Shown: one piece after another, positions 11,072-20,092 of the stretch
Position numbering within the stretch: the stretch's first letter is position 1
Layout of the letters: every line of letters starts with the position of its first letter
NCBI GenBank assembly: GCA_037447605.1
Contig: CM074804.1
Span: 6,921,909 to 6,985,908, forward strand
DNA length: 64,000 nucleotides
From: Zygnema circumcarinatum SAG 698-1b
Lineage: Eukaryota; Plantae; Zygnematophyceae
Reading direction: 5' to 3'
Notes under the pieces: generated by a model
Told to the model about the DNA's origin: nothing
The model's input: only the letters and a program-made list of their open reading frames with translations
Database searches by the model: none
Made by a program: the position numbers and the translations under genes

Positions 11072-14000
11072 ATAGCTTTCAGCTACTTCTGTTCCCAGCT
11101 GTCCCCTGCCTGGACACCTTAGGACTGCGCTGACCATACATCGCCTAACTAGCGAGTCAAGAGTTGCCCACGAACCGTCTTTCACCTATGTACCTGAAAT
11201 TTATTCTCTGCTTCCTGCATTGCCAGCGCTTCACGCGCTCTGCCGCGTGCACTTTCCATTCTTTACAGTATGCATAATTTGCAGCACGTCCAACACCGGT
11301 GTTATCATCCGTGCTACAAAGAGTCGACAAGTCATCGTTATTGGGAAGCTTCAGTCGTCACCTTGCGACTGCCGTAACTGTCTCAACCGGCGCTGCTTGG
11401 ATCCCTCTCCACCAACTCTCGCACTGCCTAACCGCCGGTTCTTGATGCCATGGATCTGACAAGGGGGGATCAGCGGGACATTCCACTTTCCATGGCGGCT
11501 GATGGTAGCACGGGTCCGATGTCACTGATCTCAGGCAGTCACTCTTGTCCGGCTCCCCGCCCTCGTGGTTTAGTCCAGCGAGAAGAATAGGAGGGCGTGC
11601 CATGAGACCAGATGCAACATACCCAAATGTTGAACCTTTGGTGATGAAAATGTCATCGCAAAAACTTAACAGCCACATGTCAATGAGGGCTTCCTCGTTG
11701 TGCGCGTCGTCAGCGCTAATTTGCTCAACCTGCGTCCAATGGCCAAACAGAGACCGGCATGAATAACCCAACAACTCTGTGGCGCAGCCGGACGACAACA
11801 TCTAGCTACCAGGGAAGCTCCACTATTCGTGCGTCTTTTGAGCACCCTGGTCAGCAAGTGCCAAACGCAGCCACTTGCATTTCCTCAAAAGAAGGTTAGC
11901 CAGTCAGAAACAAGCTTCACCAGCAGACTCTCTGGTGCACCAGAAACCGATCAGGGCTCAGACAGAGTCGTATATCAATTGCAGCTTTTCTGACCTGGGA
12001 AGGTGAGTAGGAAGCGCGCTAACTGGAGTGAGACAGGGGAGTCAAAGGCCTAATGGATAATGGGATAAAATATGGAGGATTCGCGAAAGAATGCAAGCAA
12101 CTACAGTATACAAAGAGCACTGAGAAGTTGCACACTATGGACGAAGAGTTACTGTTAAGGTCTCAAGGAGGAGAAACAAAGACATGGGGGATTACAAAAA
12201 GTAGGATTCAAGCGTCCATAATATAAAGTCCTGTTCCTACAACTAAAGTGGATGCCCACAATGAATCGGCTTCAAAATATTAAAACCTCTAACTGAGGGC
12301 CAGTAGGAGAGTGACTTGCTGTTTCCCCTTAGGCCCCCGCTAAAGCAAAAACTGTGGAGAGACACTTGTAGTGGAAAAACAGTCCGACTGTAATTCAGTG
12401 CAAACCTATTCAAACAGCTATAGTGAACATGGGCATCCATTGACCATACATCTTGGTTTGCAGTTATACGGAAAATCCAGCGACAGACAAACACTGTCTA
12501 CGCGTGTTCGGCATTTTCAGAACCACGCTAGCTTAGAGACTGCATTTGAAATCCAAAGCCTATTCGAAGAAGTTTGAAAAGTCAGGCCACTTGAAATAGG
12601 TCTACAATATGGAAGCTTTGTGAAGCTGACCCGTGAAACATCACTGGCAAACTTTGTTCGAAGGATTCCCGTCATGATATTTCGATACACAACGTGCTAC
12701 AGAAAGGTTACAAAACATTCTTAAGCAAAGGAAGGAAACAAGCTACTCCCGCTTCAAGAAACACAATCCAGCCCACCTTGAAGTCTCCAGTCGCAATAAG
12801 AAAACATGGAGACTGTGAATAGGCTTGTTGAATAGCCTTTCTGCATTTGTTTCTAAGCTACCGCAAACTGGCTCCATTACCGGCTTTGCTGTGTTCAACA
12901 GAACAGACGCAATTGCGAAAAGTAAAATCAAGGTATGAATTCATGTGCACGATTGCTGTTTATGAACCCACTGGCTTTCGCTTAGTTCAAGGACAAGTTA
13001 GAAGGTAAACACCTTCAGCCACCAGGTCAAAGGCCAACGAAGAACTCCATTCTCCAAAAAGTGGATTAGACTCTTCACTGCCAATGCTGAATTCGGTTTA
13101 TTTTCCTCGAAATAAGAACTTGCTACCATTTTGAAGAATACGTTTTGTATTCCAAACCCAGCAGGCATACACACGAGGAGACTATCAGACAAAGCAGCAG
13201 GAGGGAGCATCAAGACCAAGATAGCATTAGAGAGGAAAGGAGGAAGGCACGCAGAAGGATCGTAGCTGGCGCAGAGAAATTTGACATTCACAGAGAGCTG
13301 CCGAAGGACTCACCGCATGGCTGGCCTTGTGAACAGTCACACGCTTTCCGCTTTCGTGGGGGTTCAACATGTACAACTTTTTCAGATGGAAAAAGAATTC
13401 ACGCTTCAAGCTTGCCACAAAGATTGCCGCTTCCGGGAGCCGAGAAAATACGATGCTTTCGTTCAATTTTTCCAAAGGGACAGGCAAAACGCCAATCTCC
13501 TGCGCACACTTGTCCAGATTTTCGCTCTTCTCTTTAGTCCAGGGAGTGTCCCTCGTCCTGAGCTGAAGGCCCAGTCGCTTATGTGCAGGCTTCAAATAGC
13601 GCGAATATATGTCCACCAATCTCTCCCACAGCTTGTTTACGGGGCTCAGTATATACCTTGCCATGGGGGTGAATGTGAGACGGTCGGGAAAGAGGCGGTC
13701 CATCTCAGCCCGATACTTTGTGAAGTAGAACCCGGGTGCGTAGTATTGGTTCGACTGCATGAGGAGAACTCTCACCTCCTTCAGCCGTTCAAGCTCGCTG
13801 GGGCAAAAAAACTGGATGCCTTCCTCATGATTGACGTTGACTTTGACAGCATGTAACGGTTTTGTTGCGTTCTTAGACTCTCGCGCTTTCGCCCCTTCCA
13901 ACACCCACTCATTCCACGGTTTTGTTTCACTGATCATCAAGTCTGTTCGGACTCGAATTGGCAAAAGCCATGAGGAGTTGAAAAAGGGTTCGCAAAACAT

Positions 14001-15890
14001 TTTTTCAATGGCCCATTGCCGATCGAGCACTAGCACTCGCTTTGTGAGAATGGCAAGGATGTAGGTGGAGACAAGGGAGATCATGCGGTTTCCAAGGCCA
14101 TCATAGGGAGCATACCAGACCAAGTACTGACAGGGCAGAGGCCCCTTGCCTCTTCCCATCAAGGCCTCCCCCAGGGCCTCATCCTTCCCATACTCAGCCT
14201 CTTGCTGGCGGCAGTTGCTGTGGAAAACCTCATACTCCTCCATGGCCTTCAGTAGAGAAGGCGAAGCCGTATAGTTGGACGCTCGCCAGAAAAGGTGCTG
14301 ATCAAATTGGCTGGAGCAGTCTGCAGAGAAGGAGGGGAAAGAACAGAACATCAAAAGTTAAGCAAAGCAGAGTTCACGCTTCGTGCATACCAGGTCGCAT
14401 ACAACAGCAGTAGGGAGTCTTGAACATGGAGGTAGTTGGCGAAAGCTAGAGGATCACAACGGTTAGGGGAGAGGGACATTGAGCATTATAACTACACGTA
14501 ACCGGGCATCAAGCAACAAACAAGCAGCTTGTTGAAATTTAACCTGGAAATCTCTAACGTACTATTGTGCAGTCAATCTGCCACTAGCTAACTTGATGCA
14601 TGCGACCAATATCCTATCCTTGGACAAAGTACCAAACTCAGCTCATTTTTGCTTCCTGCATGATTGACACAGGTCCATTCAGCTCAAAAAAGCAACAAGC
14701 ACTATACTCAAGGCCGAGGAATTAAGAAATTTTGCTGACTGTGCATCACCACTGGGGACGCTTGAAGGCTCCATGCATGGAAGCCAAAGTTCAGAAATCT
14801 AATCCCTCATAATTCCTCTGACCACACACTCTGTCTACCTTTCGTGCACAAGCAACTCACCAATATCTCGAATTCCCCTGAAAGCCTGTGATCCAGATAT
14901 GAGCGCAAAGATCAGAAGTAGTTCAAAGAATGGCAAGCCATAACGCGCGGTAAAGGCATGGCCTTGCGCCATCTTGTCAGTGACCACCCTGCGACTGTTG
15001 CCCAACATAATGACAACCCCTATCAGTTCACGTCCATACTTTAAAAAGCTTGGCATGCTCCTCATTATTCAGGCCATTCGCATGTGAGTGGCTTCGTGAT
15101 GCGCCATTAACAGCAGCACAGCCTGCCTGGCATGGTTTGGGCAAACTCCTTTTCAATAACGTGGACAAAATTTGGACTAGCCTGATCGTTCCGTTCTCTT
15201 GAAATCCTATGGAAAGCGTGCTCCAAACCTCATGGCTCAGGACTAGTGCTTTGGATTGCAGAATATTCTCAATGTTGCGTGGCAAGCTGCCAGCTTGAAC
15301 GCAGCTCACGGAAAATAAGATACGCTGTTCCAATGCAGCGGATCCATGCACGGCCCAAACCTACAACGCAGCGTTCAAAACCCTAAAGGCTGCTGAAAAC
15401 CTTCTGGGTTACCAACCTCACCTTCGGCCGGCAGACTCCTCCGACCAGTGTTGTGAAGCGAATCCCGTGGAGGATCCTTCGAGCTCTCTGACTCTGAGGC
15501 GAGATGAGCAAGAAAGGAGTGCGGGAAGAGGAGGGAGGAGTCCCTGCTCCTTCATGTTCCCGCTCGCTCTCTCTCTCGCTCACACTCTCCCTCTCACTCG
15601 CGCGTGCGCATGTGGCGCTGGGCGCAGGCAGGACCCGAGCCCGCGCTTCGGCCCCGGGGCGGTGGCTTGCGCGAGACCCCAGGCGCGATATATCGAGATG
15701 TATCGCCACGACAATCGTCGAACTGATTGGGGATGCGTCGGCTCCTCGATTGTCGATTGTTCAACGAATGCTCCCCCGAAGGTTGTTGTCCATTCGCAGA
15801 GAAATGGCTGATGGCGGCGAAATCAACCAGCGCAACAAAAATCAGCACTCTCAAATCACACACTCATGAATCCCAAAAGAACAATATCAC
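10592..15890. repeat. tandem duplication unit 2
   Basis: Colinear with 4077-10075. Confidence 0.9.
11358..14972 (-). CDS. FUT: GT37 alpha-1,2-fucosyltransferase, copy 2; exons 14861-14972, 13314-14320, 11358-11729; 496 aa
   Basis: Same exon lengths (112/1007/372) and motifs as copy 1. Intact frame. Substitutions cluster in the TM anchor and the 3' half of exon 2. Confidence 0.92.
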
Positions 15891-16540
15891 GAAGGATAAA
15901 TTTCCTTCATTTTCTTCTTGTTTTAACAGAGATTTTTCAAAAATCACTTGCCGAATAGTTGGCTTTACATCGCGACATTGATCGGCGAAACCAACCATGC
16001 ATCCTCGCTCAGGGCGACGACACCGCCACCTCACGTCACTACTCTCACAGTGACGTCAGGGCCAGTTTCCGCGCCCCCGCCAGCCCGCGGCCAATCGCCT
16101 CGCGCCGCGGCGCGTGCTGCGAGCAGCCATAGTTGGCGCGACCATTCCGCCGACGCCACGTGCCGCTCACAGTGCCGCAGCGTGGACTCGATCTGCAGCG
16201 ACGCCTGTACGGTCGCGGGGGCGACGCGGCAGTGTGTGACGTCACCACGTCTACGTCCGCAGTGCGTGAGCCAGAGGACGGTCCTCCGTGATTTCCGTAA
16301 GTACGGTACGGTTTCGTACGGCCCCGTGATCGACGCTGGAGGGTACCGTTACCGGACTGGACGGTGAACCAATCCACTGCAAAATGTAGCTTGACTTGAC
16401 TTGACTTGACTGGAGCTGGGACTGGAGCGGAGCGAGTCAACTGGTGTCTCTCTCTGACGAAGAAGAGGCGTGGGCGCGTGCGAGCGAGGGGGGGTGCTTC
16501 AAGTTTGGGCAGGGCGCGATGGAGGACGGTTCTCTATGAG

Positions 16541-16710
16541 CAGGAGGGGCGGACGGACCTGCATCGACAAGTTGGGGGGGCTAAGCCCCCTCTCAGATTT
16601 TGAAAATGCAAGTTTCAATTTCATTTTATCTTATTTTTAGTTTATTTTACGTATGTACTTGATGTATTTTTGCTGAGCCCCCCCCCTTCAGCAAGGGCTT
16701 GGCCTCCCCG
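16541..16710 (+). mobile_element. short MITE-like element, same family as 3086-3191
   Basis: GGGGGGGCTAAGCCCCCTCTCAGATTTT, AT-rich middle, then GCTGAGCCCCCCCC; degenerate termini. Confidence 0.4.
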
Positions 16711-17460
16711 CAGCAAAACGGAAGGAGCTGATCCAAGTCATCCCAAGCGGACAGTCTTCAAATCGAGACCCAACACCGCTACTTGGACGAGAGGGATCCA
16801 AGTGAGGCCGAAGCATGATCACCTATTCACCGTGGAAGACGAGAAACTGGGAAGCCGCCGACGTTCCCTTGTGAGTGCGTACAGCTTGCCGCCAGCGCTG
16901 CGCTGCGGTCGATGAAGCCGACGACAGGGAGCTGGACCCTCGATTCCAAAAGCGAAAAGAGGGCAAATGGCGGTGAAAACAATGCACCCCCAAACATGTT
17001 AGTTCGTTGGATTCCGTTCACACTGACAGATAATTCAGAGGCATCGACGGCCCCACCAGTCACCACCCATTCGGCCCCGCGGGGGGCCATCGCCAGGTCG
17101 CCGGATCGGACGGCTGGGCGGCCATACGAGGCTGCTTCCGCTGCGCCGCCGTTTGGCCGCGCCCCCGGGCGGGGCCGCCCGCGGCCGGCCAGTGGACGAG
17201 CAGGGAGGAGGCATTCGGCAGCATGGCGGCTCCTCTGATTGACACGTGGCGGAAGGACTGGCATCATTGGAAGAAGCCGCCAAGCGATCCGTACGATTTC
17301 GTACAGCGTTAGTGGTCGCAGGGCAGGCGGCGCTGGGCGGTAGCGTCAGTGCGTTAGTGCGTCAGTGGCAGCTGACGTGGCGCGAGGCCGCCGCCGCCGC
17401 TCTCGCCCGCAGCGGTCGGCCCTCGCGCGACGAGGGACAGGGGAGAGGGAGGGGAGGCAG

Positions 17461-17686
17461 GGAGAAGCGGTAGGCGAGGGGAGAGGAGGGAGGAGAGGAG
17501 GAAGGAGGGAAGGAGGGAGGGAGAGGCGGTAGGCGAGGGGAGAGGAGGGAGGAGAGGAGGAAGGAGGGAAGGAGGGAGGGAGAGGCGGTAGGCGAGGGGA
17601 GAGGAGGGAGGAGAGGAGGAAGGAGGGAAGGAGGGAGGGAGAGGCGGTAGGCGAGGGGAGAGGAGGAAGGAAAGGAGGAAGGAGGG
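17461..17686. repeat. purine-rich minisatellite, 59-bp unit, about 3.8 copies
   Basis: Units GGAGAGGCGGTAGGCGAGGGGAGAGGAGGGAGG... start at 17461, 17520, 17579 and 17638. Confidence 0.95.
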
Positions 17687-18142
17687 TTTTCTCACATTCT
17701 CACTCTCTCACATTTTTCAAGTCACCTACTGCGGCTGGGAAGCAATTGCACTCCAAGATCGGGCTGTTAACTTCTTTGACTTCTCTTTTAAGAAACGGGT
17801 GTGGCCGTCTCTCCTCTCGCGTGCAGAATCGGTGCGAGATTCTCCCTGTGGTGAACCTTGCTTGCACAGTTGCCTTTCTCGAGGGACCTCTCGGCCCACT
17901 GCGGGGAGCAGTGCGGGGTGCGATCTCCCGAACAAGGCCTCTGCGGCGCGAGGCGGGGAAGCGACCAATGCGGAGCCGCCAGGTGGCTGAGTGAGGCGTG
18001 GACGGATTCGCCCCGCCGGCAGGCCGCTCTGAGCACTTGCTTCCTGTCTCTCCAAACGGCCCCCCAATCTCTGGCGGGGAGAGAGCTATTTTCTTACCTT
18101 TCAGTTTCTCATTCTTTAAAAAAAAATGAAATTAAAGCGCGT

Positions 18143-19250
18143 TGTAAGACCATCCTTTCGTGTGACAGAAGAGAACACATTAAAGCTTGACATACAAAAC
18201 ACATGTTCTCACAAGATCAACACACAACTCATAAACACTTCTTTATTTCATATGAGGCCTCATTGCAGATCACTTCATCCTCTCTTCTCTCTTCCTGTTC
18301 TCTCTTCACTGTGTTCTACATCTGCGCAGCGCTTCTTTTCTACCCAATGTCTAAGCTTCCAGAATTCTCCTTTCTGAATCCTCCTTCTTGAGCACCATAC
18401 ATTTGCGACGCTTCGCCAGACGCTTCTCCTCCGCCTGACACTTCTCTTCCTGCACAGACCTTCCTGAACTCTCTCACATGCGCAGTCTCTCTTTCGCCCG
18501 TACATATTCCGTACAGTCTCCGTACACCTGTCCGTACATGTATCCGTACAGCTTCCGTACAACAGTCCATACAACCCGTAGCATCATCATCATCACATTT
18601 CGGACCGTGTCCTGAAAATATTTTTTTCCGTTCTGTTGTGGGGAGCAGGGCATTTGTTCTGGAAATAGATGCTGTCGTCCCTCCCTGCAGCGCCTCTGAC
18701 ACGCCCTCCCACTTAGCAGACTTTCTGGAGCACGAATTGGCGCTTCCGCGAATGGCTTGTGGATGGTTACTGTATGAGGGCAAAGGGCCGCCTCTTGCAT
18801 GCTCCCTCTCTCGCGTCTGATTCGCTTCTGTCACCCAATAATGCCGCCGGTGGGTTGAAATTCCTCGCCACAAACCCATCTGGCGGCGCGAATGCGAAAC
18901 TGGTATGTTCCGTCTCCTTTTCGTTGCACTTTATTTTCTGTCTCTTCCGCCAGCAGTCGGCCAGGGACCATGTGTACAGTGGTTTGCTCTCATCAGGCTG
19001 TATGCGTGTGACGGCCTGCAATTTGTGTCGTTTTATCCTTAATTTTTAATAGGTTTAAGAAATAATACCACTTTTTCAGGGCATTCAGTTTGTGCGGTAT
19101 ATACTTCTCACACGTACGAGAGATTAGAAATTTGCCACATTTATACTGGAATCCTTGGGAATAGGGATGGTGGTAGTGAGCTTCTTCCAAGTCCGCATCC
19201 TGTTGGTCCTCTTGCTGCAATGAAGCCTCCCCGTGCGGAATCTGCTTCGG
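18143..19250 (-). mobile_element. decayed Ty3/gypsy-like (possibly chromovirus) 3' end: LTR 18143-18799, PPT about 18802-18812, internal relic
   Basis: Minus-strand TGCAAGA...GGTCTTACA inverted termini, GAGAGAGGGAG immediately upstream, AATAAA and a GT-rich U5-like tail. Weak integrase C-terminal-like (GKFLIS..HKL..F..LLK) and chromo-like (WRG..YW..EAN) peptides upstream. No 5' LTR or TSD found. Confidence 0.5.
18498..18582. repeat. tandem CCGTACA array (6 perfect, 2 degenerate; spacing mostly 11-12 bp) inside the putative LTR U3
   Basis: CCGTACA at 18498, 18509, 18520, 18532, 18544 and 18555; CCATACA at 18567; CCGTAGC at 18576. Confidence 0.95.
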
Positions 19251-20092
19251 AGAGCCCTTGCGGCTTTTGGTGGGCCCTCCATTTGTGAGTGGCAGGAAGA
19301 ATTGGAGCGTTTACTCCAGAGTGTAACATGCGGTGAATGGCCCGAAAATGGAGGTTTTGATGCCCTCTAGTAGCCAAGCAGTCCGCGGACCAATGCAGCG
19401 GTTGGGATGTGAAGGCGAACTTGTCATGATCTGTTATGAGAGTGAGAATGTAAATAAGTGGTGGTGTCTGGTTTCGAAGTTAGATAATCCCAATGTCTTT
19501 TTTTCCTCCCCGTTTTTTTTTTTATTTTATTTTTTAAAACAAAGCATTCTTAAATTCAGGAAGTCGTGGGTTTTTTTCGGGTCCGACAGTAGGCAATTCA
19601 AGTAGTTTTTGTTTAGTACAGAACGCTATTTGTTGGAACATTTGGTTTGAAACTGTCAAAAGAATTGCAAAAGTGTTTAACATGAAAACCGGTTCCAGTT
19701 ACATTTGGTACCTGACATGTTGCCAAGCAAGCAAGCAAGCTGAGGGTAGAACAGGTGAATCGAAAAATCAAGAATGTCTCAAAGAATTTTCTCTTAGCTG
19801 TAATTTGAAAATCCCTGATTCAGTGATTTTGCAATAATCAAAAGGTGGCTTCAATCAATCATGATTACTATGCAAGAGACATCGTTGAGTTCGGACAGAA
19901 TTGATGCTCACTGGGAGTTAAGACGAATCCGCCCCTTTATGAAAATAGAAATAATCTGCTTACATTTTAAACTACGAAGGGCTACAGACATCAGAGTAGA
20001 AGTGGCTATTTGTTTCACTACCAACCTTAATTGTTGTGAGCAGTTCAATCCGCTGACTTCTGTAATTGGAGCAGGGGGCCTCCTACTCCTCA

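Noticed and set aside
14973-15065. 31-aa N-terminal extension of FUT copy 2 from an upstream ATG
   Set aside because: Out of frame in copy 1 by a 1-nt indel, and the segment may be intron ending at CGCAG. Not supportable without cDNA.
16827-17267. 146-aa minus-strand ORF downstream of a G-box/CCAAT promoter-like region
   Set aside because: No domain, no good start context and no paralog support. Cannot be called a gene from sequence alone.
18498-18582. CRISPR-like appearance of short regular repeats (also 17461-17686 and 26853-26925)
   Set aside because: Units of 11-12 bp, or 59 bp without unique spacers. Eukaryotic context and no cas genes.
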